Notes: a model not told the origin generated them from the sequence alone. Shown: positions 39,392-52,199, counted from the stretch's first letter. The stretch: 64,000 nucleotides of DNA from Podarcis muralis (GCF_964188315.1 NC_135663.1:78120001-78184000), one strand, 5' to 3'. Numbers and translations are program-made.

Positions 39392-39460
39392 CATTCGCTC
39401 AGGAGCACTGCTTAAAGCCAAAGAGAGGGTAACAACCATGGAGCAAATGTAGACTTTCAT
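39392..39460 (-). CDS. HGFAC: HGFAC putative exon 1 (signal peptide)
   Basis: gaaatATG, MKVYICSMVVTLSLALSSAPERM|gtaagt: basic N-terminus, hydrophobic core, small residues at the cleavage region and a consensus donor. The spliced CDS totals 1512 nt = 503 aa, in frame. Confidence 0.8.
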
Positions 39461-39602
39461 ATTTCACCTTTTTATTTCTCTTTTCTTCTTTTGCAACTCC
39501 CTGTAATTTTCCTGGAGGAGTGGGCCTTCCAGGGTCTGAAAATCCAGAGTGGGAAGTCTAATCAACATTGGGGCTTATGGAAACCCCCTGCGTTAGAGAG
39601 TA

Positions 39603-39770
39603 TGTTTGACCTTTTAAGCAATCACTCGTTCAGCAATGTTAATAAGTAATGTGTTTGTGTACTGAGGTAAATATTGGTTTCAGAAACATTTCAGGGAAAG
39701 CACACACAAAAAGAAGGCCTAAATATGCCACATCCTGTTAGTTCCCATTTGGACTGATTAATATTTGCCC
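39603..39770 (-). promoter_or_regulatory. Candidate liver-type HGFAC promoter
   Basis: gttaataagtaat (HNF1-like, 11/13 to consensus, 39638-39650); tgtttgacctt (FOXA / nuclear-receptor half site, 39603); gtaaata (39667); gattaatatttgc (39756). All lie within ~310 bp upstream of the ATG. Confidence 0.5.
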
Positions 39771-40068
39771 AAAGTTTCCATGCCTTTCCATTATTTGTCA
39801 TACTCCAGAATAACCAGAATAACCAGCAGTGAACAGGAAATCTGGACTGGTATTTAGATCCCCAGGTTTTTTAATAGAGTTTATGCCAAATCTATGAGAG
39901 TCTATCCTTATTTATTTATTTAGCACCTCATCTGTAGATCTCAGGCAGTTCAGTTGAGAAAAACACAAAATACATAATACATAATTCAGGAGAGAAACAA
40001 TCGGGTCCAAGAACCGACATTCCGATGTGTTGTGAAATCTATTTTACATTCTTTCCCCCCCTTTACAA

Positions 40069-40204
40069 CAGGCTTCCTCAACCTCGGCCCTCCACATGTT
40101 TTGAGACTACAATTCCCAGCATCCCTGGCCACTGGTCCTGCTAGCTAGGGATCATGGGAGTTGTAGGCCAAAAACATCTGGAGGGCCGAGGTTGAGGAAG
40201 CCTG
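40069..40204. mobile_element. hAT-type MITE (same family as 6648-6765)
   Basis: caggcttcctcaacctcggcc…gttgaggaagcctg with a perfect TSD ctttacaa. Confidence 0.9.
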
Positions 40205-42614
40205 CTTTACAATGTAAATGGATTTAATGGTGGAGGTGAACTCCTGTTTGGAAGGCAGACGGATGACATTCATAGATGGTTTCAATGTCACAGTTACAGT
40301 TTACCTAGCAAAGATTCAGGTTTGGTCTTTTCTCTTTATTGGGTTAGGGTGGTAATCAGAACTCGAACGCATCACTTTTATTAGGAAAGACATCAGACCA
40401 AGCTTGGTCCCAGTGGGACATTATGCGATTGGGATGCCCTTTCCCTTGTGGAGATTGGTGACTCCACTGAGTTTGTTGGTGGCGTCAAGGAAGGAACCTG
40501 TAGTGTTGGAGTCCATGCAGCGGTGGCCCCTCGGGGTTTTGGTTCTCTGGACTTTGCTCAAGCTGATGCCCATGTGCAGCTCTCTTCCCCCAGGAAAGGC
40601 AGCCAGAAAAGACTTTTGCTTCACCCATAGCCACAGCCTTGGATTTGAGCAGAAACCAGACATTGCTCTCCTTCACAGGAGACAGCCTGTTTCTTCCTCC
40701 AACTTCTAGCTTACACCCACCCACCCCTCAGCCCTGGCCTTTGTCTTTTCCTACCTCACTACCAGCGAGTTGAGGGAGGGTGGCCCACCCATTTGCTATC
40801 TGGCATGGACCACTTCTTTTGTAACCTTATTGCCCCATTCTCAGAGGGCCATTACCATTACTTGTCTGGCTAGTTCAATAAGCCTTGCTTAGATTTTAAC
40901 ACTTGCTGGATCCAGGAATTAGAAGGGTCTCGACATACAACCTCCTCCCTTGCCCCCCACAACTCATAACATTATTATTTAACTAGAAAGCACTCTGAAG
41001 GTATTTGAGCCATGCAGGTTGTGGGTGAATGGCCTCACAAGCCCAATCCCCACCATGAATTGTTGAATTATTATTATTTTTTAACCTCATAATAATAAGT
41101 TCAGGCAGTGAGGTGACTCCATCCCAGGATGGCAAAGGCATATGGGCAATAGAGAAAGTTTCAGTAATGTGTTTCATCTTTTCCATTCTAGACTTGTAGC
41201 TCCACAGCAGGTTCCTGAAGATTCTGCATGAAGATACTAGAATTGGACATCTTCCCCTACAGTCCCTCTTGTACCTGTGCCTTAGTTTGCTAGGACTTAA
41301 CTATCTGCAAAAGCACTGGCGTAGGGAGGGTAATGTCTGCAGGGTTGTGGATCAAACCTGAGTTTTCTCAAATAATTATCTAGACACAGCTAGATTTCTG
41401 CGTGGAATTTTTGGTGTTGGTTTTGTGTGTTTTTTTTTTGAAAAAAAATATATATTGTAAATGCACCCACTTTTGAAATTCTGCCAACCAAGTTGAAGGA
41501 GTTTAGAATAAACTCATTTGCACTTTATTCAGGGTTACATTTTTAGATGTACTAGAGTTTCTGCTTTTCCACCCACGTTGTTCATTAGCATATTAGACAC
41601 CCCCACGACATGTTTCCAATAGGTTTATAGCTTTAAAAGCAAAGGAAGAAAGCTCTGACGATAGATTTGAGTAGGCTGCAGCCTCCTCTGCCGCCCTGGG
41701 GGAGTTCACATTTTAGTCGTAAATTAAATATGTCTCTTTCTACAGAGCTGTTGACCCCAATAGGTTGTTTTCAGCAAGATCAAACGGTAAGTCAAGTGAA
41801 AGGAGTCTGTAGCTGTTGCGTAGGGAAATTCCCCTTTTACGAAGGAGCCATCAGCTGAACACATAACTTGACAATCTGTAGGAGATGAAGGACATGCAAG
41901 AGGCAGGCTATATTCCTGCCTTGATCCACATCAAGGATTTAGAATAGCTTCTTATACTAGTGATGATTATTTTTTGCAGATCCTGGCCCGGTCTGATAGT
42001 GGGGCAGTTCAAACTAACAACTCTGGGGATACTCTAAAAGGCTCTAGATCCAGCTGCCCTCTGCAATACAAATGTAATTGTTTTATCCCTGTTGGTACAT
42101 GAAAAGACTCAAATGCATACTCACCACATTTTTTATAAATGGGGTTTTGTAACCTATTTACAAAATTTCCAATGGAAAGTGACTTGCAAAACAAAGAAAG
42201 AAATCCCTAGCAGAGCAGAACAACTGACCATGTGGAAACACCCTCATAACCCCTTGAGAAAATCAGAAGCAGTGCTGGTGGAGGTAATGGACAACTGACT
42301 CTTCAAAGGAGGGGAATAGAGCCTTTTAGAGTATCCCCAGAGTTGTTAGTTTGAACTGCCCCACTATCAGACCCACATGTAACATTTGCCTCAGTGTCGC
42401 TTGATGAATGAAATCAAGAGAGGAAAGCTTATAGATGGTCCCAAGAAAAAAGGAGGTGAGCAGCAGGGGGGGCCAGATCTTCAAGCATAAGGTCAACAGG
42501 ACCAGACCGCTGCTGACACTACTGCAGACGGAAGAAAAGAGAGCCAAACCTCAAGGAAGCAGCTGTTAGTCTTTTCCCTGTAGCCCATGTTTGTTCTTGA
42601 CTACAGCTTGTGGT

Positions 42615-42964
42615 GGGACGTGGGTGGCGCTGTGGGTTAAACCACAGAGCCTAGGACTTGCCGATCAGAAGGTCGGTGGTTCGAATCCCCACAATGGGGT
42701 GAGCTCCTGTTGCTCGGTCCCAGCTCCTGCCAAACTAGCAGTTCAAAAGCACATCAAAGTGCAAGTAGATAAATAGGTACCACTCTGGTGGGAAGGGAAA
42801 TGGCGTTTCCGTGCACTGCTCTGGTTCGCCAGAAGTGGCTTAGTCATGCTGGCCCCATGACTCGGAAGCTGTACGCCGGCTCCCTCGGCCAATAAAGCGA
42901 GATGAGCGCCACAACCCCAGAGTCATCCACGACTGGACCTAATGGTCAGGGGCCCCTTTACCTT
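42615..42964 (+). mobile_element. Full-length Sauria SINE
   Basis: Head, B box and tail present; TSD tacagcttgtggt / tacagtttgtggt. Confidence 0.92.
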
Positions 42965-45555
42965 TACAGTTTGTGGTTAGCAAGGAGAGAACGTGACCAT
43001 GCACAGGGGCAAAGCTAGGCTTTATTTCACCCGGGTCAAAGACCCTGTTTGGCACCCTCCACATGCATTTGCCTAAACGCAGACACAGACTGAGAGCCTC
43101 AATGGCGCCCCTCTGGAGGCTTCACCCAGGGCAAAAAATACCCAGAGTGACTGGGGAAACCCAGCCAGATGGGCGGGGTATGTATGTATGTATGTTTGCC
43201 TCAATTTTATACAAAAAACCATTTTAAAAAAAAAGAAAAAACATGAACACATTATGAATCCAGAAACTGCTTTGTAATATACATTATTTAAATATCCATT
43301 GATGTACACAGGTGCCTATTCGTTTTTCTTCTTTCTGAAGTGTTTGTTCCCAAGGGCAGCCTATGTGCACCAAGACTGCATTCCTACCCACGGCCAATGA
43401 GAAATAAATCCCACTGCACTCTGTGAGGTTTACTCTTGAGTAAGCGGGATTAGAATTTCAGCCTTAATTTCCTTCCTGTTGTAGATTTTAAAAACCAATG
43501 TAATGAATCACCCCTCATAGTTCTTTTCACATGGAAAGAACAGGAAAGACTGAAATATTTAATATTACTTTAATATCATACAAGCAGATTACATGATCAT
43601 TCGTATATTACACTGTAGACTGATTCCTTAGCATCATTATAACAAGATGTTGTGCTCTTAATTAAGCTAAATTCTTGTTTTACACACACAACTGGATTAA
43701 TTCTGAAGCTCAAATTGCATTTCTTATTTCTTACTTCAAACAAAACAAAATTAGTATTTTAAAATAACTGATTTCTGTAAGTTGTAATAATATATCATTG
43801 TAAAGAAAAAAAATGGACCATAATTTTTGAAAAGTGATGGACAATTTGATATTTAAATTACATCTATTTCCCAATGACAGATTTTTACTACTCAAATTCC
43901 GAATGAAAATTTAAGATTGGTTCCAGAGGGCAAAATATTTGCAGTTCAATAGATCATTAATTAATTGAGATGAAAAAGCAGCTGACACACCAAAATAGTT
44001 TATTTCTTTTTCTTCCACTTAAATGCGTGACTCTCCAGATTCAGCAATATAGGACTGTTAGTCTGTATGCTTTTTGTTATGGAATGTGCTTTGCAAGTGT
44101 GGCAAGTTCACTATTATGTTTAGCATCACCTGCTTCTGTTGAAAAACTGAGACGCTGCTTCCTATTGGCTCATTACAGCTGCACAGAGAGGCCCAAAGTG
44201 ATCATACTGACACTAATGTTTTCCTTTATCCGATGTCCAGAAGAATACACTGATGTGGCAAGATCAACACTGGCTATGCAACCCACACAGCTGGATTCCC
44301 ACCAACAGCCATGGGTCTGTTCTGACAGTTTCCTATAACATTTTCCAGTAAAAATTTCAGCTGAATTGTATAATGAAAGTGTTTCCATATTTACATATGC
44401 TTCTCATGCTACATATACACACCTACCAAGTATAAGGAGATGACAACTGGTGATTTCACCTCAAACAGGGGCTCCTACATCCTGCCACACCACCACAAGG
44501 CAGCAACCGTTTTAGACACGTCCAATATGTGCATGACTGCGCATGTGCGTATTGAGCCAAACCTGGAAATGACCCAAAAAGTCACATAAAGGGGCAAAAC
44601 AGGGCTTGGGCAAAATGGGGTGTTTGCAGGCTTTTTCAATGGTGTCCCAAATACATGCAATTTCACTTTGAACGTGTGGTGCCTGGGAACGTAACCTGTG
44701 TGTAAATTGGAAGTTGGCTGTCCCTATCTCAGCTAGAAGAACGCATCTCCACAGTCTGCATTACTTTCTGCCCATTCTATGGAACCACAATGTTGTCATT
44801 GTTTGTCCTACTTAAGTAATTGTAGCCAGGAAAATGGTGCACACAATGGGCCAGGATTTCACCAAACTTCTCTTCCCACTTCACTTTGGGAGCCACTCCT
44901 AAGGTCTTCTCTTCTACTGATAAAATTTCCAGTCTGGAGGTACATAATTTCTCCATACTAGTTTCTGAGGGCCTTCTATGTCCTTATACAGCACAGAGTA
45001 ATTTCAGAATTATAAATCCTGGGGTGGGGGTCTTTGGCTTACAGATGTTGCTGGACTCTGTAGCTCATCAGCCAGAGTCAGCATGGCCAATGGTCAGGGA
45101 TGACCATTGTAGCTCAACAACACTGAGAGCCACATGATCCCCAAGCCCATCTTGGACTGCCTAGTTTGTATTAAAATTGTCTCCTTTGCCAGCCTCTGGC
45201 AAAAATACTCTATGGACTGACAGTGGAGACAATATATATGCATTTTTCCTTGTTTGTTTCGTAGCACAAAAAAAGCCTTCGTAAGATAAGATATTGAACT
45301 AGGGCAGGAATAGATAGCCTGGACTATTATATTCAACTTCCATGCTGGTGATCCTATGTACTTTTCATGTACCATACTTATTTCCCAGCATGGAAGTTGA
45401 TATTCAGCCCATGAAAGACTAGAGACTGGTTAAATGGATCTGTGGATTTAACATGCAGGTTTTAACAAAATGTAAATAGAATCAGCTGAGTGGGTGGGTA
45501 ATAATTGTTAGGCTCACAGCAGACATCTCCCTCCCGCTGATTCTATTCGCATTTA

Positions 45556-45588
45556 ACAACAACAACAACAACAACAACACAACAACAT
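45556..45588. repeat. (AAC)n microsatellite
   Basis: Directly visible. Confidence 0.9.
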
Positions 45589-45798
45589 ACTGTATTTAAC
45601 TTCACGTCTTGTTAGCCTTAAGAATTTTAATTTAATTTAAAGGTTTATATCTGAAAGGGAATAGCTAGAGAAGTTCAGGTGAGGGACCTTCAAGAAATGT
45701 GGTCTTTGTGAATGAGAATGCAAACTGACTTTATACACACTGCCCAGACTATTATGCAGATGAGAACAACCTTCAAATTTCACAATGCAATTCTTACC

Positions 45799-45966
45799 CA
45801 GTGGCGTAGCAGGGGGGGCCGGCCGCACCGGGCGCAACATCTGGGGTTAGGGCAAATCCACAGGTTAGGGGCGCAAATCCACGGGTTAGGGGGCGCAAAT
45901 CCACGGGTAAGGGGGCGCAAATTACTTGCCTTGCCCCGGGTGCTGACAACCCACGCTACGCCACTG
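45799..45966. mobile_element. hAT-type MITE with internal ~21-bp tandem repeat
   Basis: Perfect 12-bp TIR cagtggcgtagc/gctacgccactg; TSD ttcttacc/ctcttacc; about four copies of gggttagggggcgcaaatccac. Confidence 0.9.
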
Positions 45967-46515
45967 CTCTTACCCCAAGAAATTACTAAAATGCATTTAA
46001 AATGTATATTTTATGATAAAATACACTTATATATGCTTATGTTTAGAGAATACATATTTATAAATGCATATTTTGTGACAGAGGTGCCATCTTCTTAAGG
46101 GGAGGGGGCCCCCCCTATGTGATGCCACGTGACAGCTTGCACGATGTCAGGGAGCAGAGCCAAACGCCCCCTGAGTATTGGCTCAGCTCAGCCCCCTCAA
46201 AAATACCTGGGGGGGGGGAGGGGGAGAACTGCCTCGGTCCCTCTGAGTTGGCATGCCTGTTTTGTGAGAAGACACATTCAGAAATATGTATTTTAAAACA
46301 TATTTATGTACTAATTTGTGTATGTTTTTCCAATAATTTTTATAACAAGACTGCTGGTTTTTTGGTGGATTTTCTCAGATGCTGTCAACAAGTTTCGCTG
46401 TCTCCTAGTAAAAGGGAATTGTGCAGCTTGTGTTTATGTTCCAAAGGCAATAAATGTACTAGTGCCTGCAATGACCTCGGAGAATGAAGTTTCTGGAGCC
46501 ATGCATATTGCAATT

Positions 46516-46871
46516 TCATACAAATGTTGCTTTACACTCCTCATCCTTATGTTTCTCGCTCTTAGCAGCAATAAAAGATGGAAGATCTGATGTCCTGTAG
46601 ACACCTGTTCGCATCCTCCCTTGGCAAGATTTTAACTCTGCAATACAGCCTTCAAAACTGAGGTTCCCTTCGGATTCACTGCAAGACCAGGCCAGACCAT
46701 CTTCTGGAGCAACTCTATCCACATCTATTACACAACTTACAGGGAGTTCATTTCTGAACATTTCCCCCCTAAATTCAGCAGCGATAAAGTCATGACTAGT
46801 TTTTTTAGAACTTTGTTCATAAAGGTTTCCTCCAGCTACTTGCACATCATTTTTCTTTCTGTGGCTCACAC
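46516..46871 (-). CDS. RGS12: RGS12 alternative terminal exon (PDZ-binding C-terminus -ATFV)
   Basis: ttttgttctag|GT GTG AGC joins in phase with TCA G| at 58689. Contains ELPVSCVIDVD, TSDLP and terminal ATFV*, corresponding to human DLPVNRIIDVD, TSDLP and ATFV. Confidence 0.88.
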
Positions 46872-47648
46872 CTAGAACAAAAAGGGAAAGAAAAAGACAA
46901 AAAAAGGGGATAATATTTATTATGCTTCGCTTTACACAAGTCAAATTTTACAGTCTATCGCGTTTCAACAGCTTGGATATTTTGCTATCCTATTTTTGTG
47001 GTGCAAAATACTAAAATTTTATATATCTGAGCTGAGTCTGTAGAACTAACTTTGTGATTTTAATTGTAAATTTGTACATTGCTTTGCACATCTGTCATGG
47101 CAGAAAAAGTAATGAATATATACAAAAATTGATAAAAATATAAATTATTATTTACAAAATTCCAAATAATAGAATCACAATAGGCCAGGATTCTCATTCA
47201 AAAACATGTGATTAGAATAATCAAATATAGCCATAAAAGCAAATAATACAGTATAAGCTCTTTGGTAATCAAATCACCATTCCAGTTCCTTACGCATCAT
47301 TGAAGACTTCTGAGAGTGAAGGCAATTAACAAAATGTGGGATATATCCAGCCTCATATAACCAACATGCTTAACTCTAATTATTGCATGGAGGGGTTAAG
47401 ACCATAGCGTTTTCTGATTTTAAATCTCTGCTGGGGCTCTCTCATGAAAGAATATTTGCCCCAAACCTGGATCTAGTCATCCAGGGAATTCTCCTTTTTT
47501 ATTTTATCATATCTACATTTTTCCTTTTTACCAAATACAACATTAACCAACACAAACGGACTTTTAAAAGCCAAGTCACCCTATCAAGAAGGCTGCTCAG
47601 TATTAGCAGCTTAGTTTCTGGATAAATTTACGGTAAGCCAGAAAAGGC

Positions 47649-47718
47649 CCACAACCCCAGAGTCGGCCACGACTGGACCTAACGGTCAGGCGTCCCTTTA
47701 CCTTTACCTTTACCTTTT
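47649..47718 (+). mobile_element. Sauria SINE 3' fragment
   Basis: …gactggacctaacggtcagg followed by a (cctttac)n tail. Confidence 0.8.
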
Positions 47719-47776
47719 AATTCTCCATTATACCCCAATTACAGGCCAACCCCTTTCTCCAAATCCTGCCTTTTTC

Positions 47777-48030
47777 GTTGTTTAGTCGTGTCCGACTCTT
47801 CGTGACCCCCTGGACCAGAGCACGCCAGGCCCTCCTGTCTTCCATTGCCTCCCGCAGTTTGGTCAAACTCATGCTGGTAGCTTCGAGAACACAGTCCAGC
47901 CATCTCGTCCTCTGTCGTCCTCTTCTCCTTGTGCCCTCCATCTTTCCCAACATCAGGGTCTTTTCCAGGAAGTCTTCTCTTCTCATGAGGTGGCCAAAGT
48001 ATTGGAGCCTCAGCTCCAAGATCTGTCCTG
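47777..48030 (-). mobile_element. Bov-B LINE 3' fragment
   Basis: Minus ORF LRLQYFGHLMRREDFLEKTLMLGKMEGTRRRGRQRTRWLD…KSRTRLNN is the Bov-B ORF C-terminus. Confidence 0.92.
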
Positions 48031-48059
48031 CCTTAGCCCTACAATCTTTGGACACAGAC

Positions 48060-48180
48060 TTAGGCTCCACCCTGTGCCACAGCAAACTAGTAGGCTTCTT
48101 ACTGACCGCAGCACGATTAGCGATAGCTCAGCAATGGAAGAACCAGACTGAAATACCCCTGGACACATGGCAGGGGTGAA
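48060..48180 (+). mobile_element. L1/Tx1-like ORF2 C-terminal fragment
   Basis: LLTAARLAIAQQWK…W motif. Confidence 0.5.
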
Positions 48181-48518
48181 ACTAGCCTTGATTTCACCCC
48201 ACACATTTGCATATACATACACACACAGGCAGGAAGCCTCAATGGTGCCCCTCTGGAGGTTTTACCTGCGGGGGGAGCCTGGCTAGCCCCCCGTAGCTAT
48301 GGCCTTGCATATGGGAAAATAATACCTGGGATACAGCAATGCCTGAGAGTCTCACCAGACACACGAGGGCAATTAAAGGCATAACGAATAGAGACACCCT
48401 TCCACAAACATGGACCCCATTTCTTTAACTATGCTAATGACAACAATCAAGAACTTCTTATACCAACTGCTCAATATTCTCAGTGGAGGGGTTGCGTTAA
48501 GTAATAGGTTTGATTGCT

Positions 48519-48659
48519 GAGGCAATGGATAATGGTTACTGTAGTTCCATTTGTTTACAATGTCTGGAGGCAATGGATAATGGTTACTGTAGTTCCATTT
48601 GTTTACAATGTCTGGAGGCAATGGATAATGGTTACTGTAGTTCCATTTGTTTACAATGT
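48519..48659. repeat. Tandem triplication of a 48-bp unit
   Basis: gaggcaatggataatggttactgtagttccatttgtttacaatgtctg starts at 48519, 48567 and 48615; the copies are identical until the end of the third. Confidence 0.95.
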
Positions 48660-50735
48660 GTAAAATACAAATTTGTTAAAAAGAAGAGATGGGGCTATGA
48701 CTGACTGATCTCAGAGCTAGTTTTGACCTAGCATGGGCAAGGGAAGTTGTATTTTGAAAGTTTATTGCACACAATAGTCAGGAAAAGATGAGATGTTGTA
48801 TGAATACCAGGCCACAAATTTATTGGTTAGCAAAGGAACTGCAGCAAGCTCCTCATACTTAAACATTACAATATTTAAATCTGCAAAGCCCCATCCACCA
48901 GTCATGGCAGTTCTTCCTTTCTTCATGCCCTGTCAGACAACCTTAGTTCAGAGCCACAGAGCAACCTCTAGTTCTGTTCCTGGCTCCCCATGGCCCCCAC
49001 ACCCAGGCAGGCTGTGGGAAGGCCCATCATATACCCCCTAAGTCAATTAGTCTTCAATTATGAGATAGCCACACAAGCAACCACAAGGCTTACATTCCCT
49101 CATCCTTTACTAGGCTGATGGCTGTTTATTTTTTCCTCTTCCAAGTCATCCAGTGGTGTAGCAGAGGAAGAGCACAGTTCTGGGACGTTTCTGAGCAGGA
49201 CCAATGCCATCATCTGCCGGTACACCAGATAAATTATTGGATTCTCCTGGCTGCGGCAAATGAGTGAGGTGATGATGAAGCCTTCAAATTTGTTTATGAC
49301 AGATTAGCATAAATTGGAAAATAAGGAAAATAACCAAGCAGAGGTTAGATTTCCTCCTCTTTGATGGGGTTCGTAGTCTACATGAGCAGGTTAAATGGTA
49401 ACCCTTCTTTCCAAGATTATTTGCTTTTCTAATGAAGAGCTAAAGAAAGGCATGATCAAGTAGGTCACTTTCAGTTTGTTCCTAATTTTCCCACTCTACA
49501 TTGTTGTATCAGTTTGTGATTTATTTATCTGTTTTTGTAAAAAATCCATCATTAATTTTTCTAGTGAAAATTTGTCTTCATATATTCAGTTTTGCCTATA
49601 CACACTTTTTTCAAAGCAATTCTTCCTTATATAATGCATTTTTGTATGCCATTTCCACTAATAAATGCAAACTTTACCCTGATTTCTTAATTTTCGTGCA
49701 CATTACTTGGCTGGGGAAATGCACTGCAAAATTCAGAGAAGTGCCCATTTTGCAGGGCGGCAGTGTTTTGTGTTGTGTATTGTTCTGGAAAATGCTAATC
49801 AGGTAGGTTTGCCTTTGAATGTGAAGCCAATTGAATTTCTCTGCCTTCCCTAGCTAAAAGTCGTGTATCACTTGACTGAAGACCTTTTGTATAAGCCGGA
49901 ATATATGCAGTCAGAAGTTGGGGCAATTACTTCCAGGTAATTTACAATTGTAGCCAAGCTAATTCCAATAAACTGGGTGATGTGCTTACGTTATGTGTTG
50001 ATTTGTGCAGCTCACCTGTTGTCAACACAGACTGTACATTCATGTGAACTGCCACTTTCAGAGGTGAGCAGCATGGCTAAAAAGGAATGGGCCTTTTTTG
50101 TTTTGCTGCTTTACAGAGGCTTTCCTGCCAAGGAATCTTACACTTTTCCAGCACCAAAATCTTAGCTTTGGCCAGGCTTTCCCCCCCCCTCTTACACCAC
50201 TGCCTTTTTAAAATTGCGCTGCTATTTTAGCCATTTGTTATTGTTGTTGTTATTTATTTGATTTTTTAATATCACCCTTTATCAAAAGATCCCAAGGTAG
50301 TGTACAATATTAAGACCACATTTTACGCAGCATCGATAATAAAAAATAATAAAAAGTATAATAACAGAAAGCATAATAATAAATTAATCTTGGTAACAGT
50401 TGCCCCCCTACCCCACCTACAGCTTTAACAAGCTATAGAATATTTATTGGCCAAAGACCTGGGTAAAGAGGAATGTTTTTCCCAGTGCCTAAAGGCATGT
50501 AATGATGGCACCAGGTGAGCCTCTCTGGAGAGAGCTTTCTACATTCAAACATGTGATAATCCTGCCTGCAGTATTCTGAAATGATTCCCTCCCCCTAAAT
50601 TTGTAAATTCATCCTCATTTTCTCTCTTGCTAACAGCTTCACCAGTCTTCCTTGCTGGTTAGGACTTAACAGTGCAATCCTATACAATCCATATATTGTA
50701 AACTACCTTGTGATTCTCAGATGGAGGGTGGTATA

Positions 50736-50736
<1 letters not shown>

Positions 50737-50777
<41 letters not shown>

Positions 50778-50788
50778 TGATGATGATG
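50737..50788. repeat. (AAT)n(GAT)n compound microsatellite
   Basis: Directly visible. Confidence 0.9.
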
Positions 50789-52199
50789 CACATCTACTTA
50801 GAAGTAAGCTCCATTGAGTTTAACAAGACTTACTCCCACTTAAGTATGTAAAGGCTTGCAACCTCAATTAATTATTTTCTATAAATAGAAAATCAAAATG
50901 TCAATTCTTCAGCCTGAACAGACATGGAAGCCCCTGAACTTTCCAGGTGCAACACTCGCAAATGAAGCATTCCTAGAGGGGCTCTTTACCGACCTGCTCT
51001 GTCAGTCCTCCCTCCTTTATGCATGTCCATTGAGAAATGGATGATCCAGGAATTCCAGACTTCAACAGGAGGCTCAATAAACTTTTTGCCAATCTGAAAG
51101 ATAATTGGATGAACTTTCTGCACAAGAAGATATGAAAAGAAGACCCGGAGACACCTTGTGGGGAAAAGCTTCTTAACATCCACCTCTCAGTGTCATGCGG
51201 CTTGAGAGGACTGTGTAGGTCTGGTTTTCTTGGGATTTGGAGGAATCACCTGTGCATTTACAGATGCAAAGATGGAACACAACTCCCAACTCCCACAGCT
51301 TAGTCCCCATGCCTTGCTGCTTCAACAGCCTTGAGCTGACTGCACAGTTCTCTACAGAACCAAGTTAATACCCTATTTAATCACACAGCACCCTGGTCTT
51401 TGCAGGAGAAGATGGTGAAGAGAGAAATAAGAAGCAGGAGTAGAGGATTGGGGTGGCTGCAAGAGGAGGGGGAGGTGACACAGGTAATCTTCTCTCAGCA
51501 AATAAATATAACCATCTACATCAACCTCTTCTGAACCACAGTATGATTTTCTTGTTTTCTTAGATGCTTGTACCGCTGCAGTGTTCACAGATGCTTGGTT
51601 TCTTTGCAAGGGAAGAAGATAAAGAGAGACCAGGGGGAGAGGATCAGGGTGGCTCTAAGGGGAGGTGGAGGCCACACAGGTAGCCTTATTGCAGCTTATT
51701 ATCCAAGGTATGACACTCATTTATTTAGTTAAGTATTTGTACAACTGCAGAGTTAGAAGTGCCCACAGATTTTTTGCAGAGGAGGACAGGGAGAAAACAA
51801 TAACAGCTGGAGGAGGCATAATGGAGGAGGCATAATGTTTTTCCCATCAGAGACTCCTTCAGAACCAAGGTAAGATACTTTATCAATTCAGTTGGGTGCT
51901 AGGTATTTGTAAAACTGCAACTCTTAAGTGTCCACAGTATCTAGAGAGGAGGATCGGGAGGAAACCAGAATAACTTCGCCACGCACCCCTGCGACCTCCT
52001 CTCCTAGTAGCCCTACCTGACGCAGTGGGCATCTGCCATTCCAAGCTAAGCCCCTCTGTGTGAAGACTTCCTATTTCTGTTGATGAAGTGCAAGGCATGC
52101 TTCTGTGGCAGTGAGACCCTGAGGCCATTTCAGCCTCATTGCCTTTTCCTCAGACACATTACACAGGTTGATTTAAATAAGAAAATAACTCACTGACGT

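Noticed and set aside
40404-40724. Cluster of ORFs upstream of HGFAC, examined as candidate FN2/EGF1 or alternative first exons
   Set aside because: No diagnostic Cys/Trp pattern in any frame and no consistent splice phases.
48519-48659. CRISPR-like repeat array
   Set aside because: Head-to-tail tandem copies with no spacers, in a vertebrate intron.
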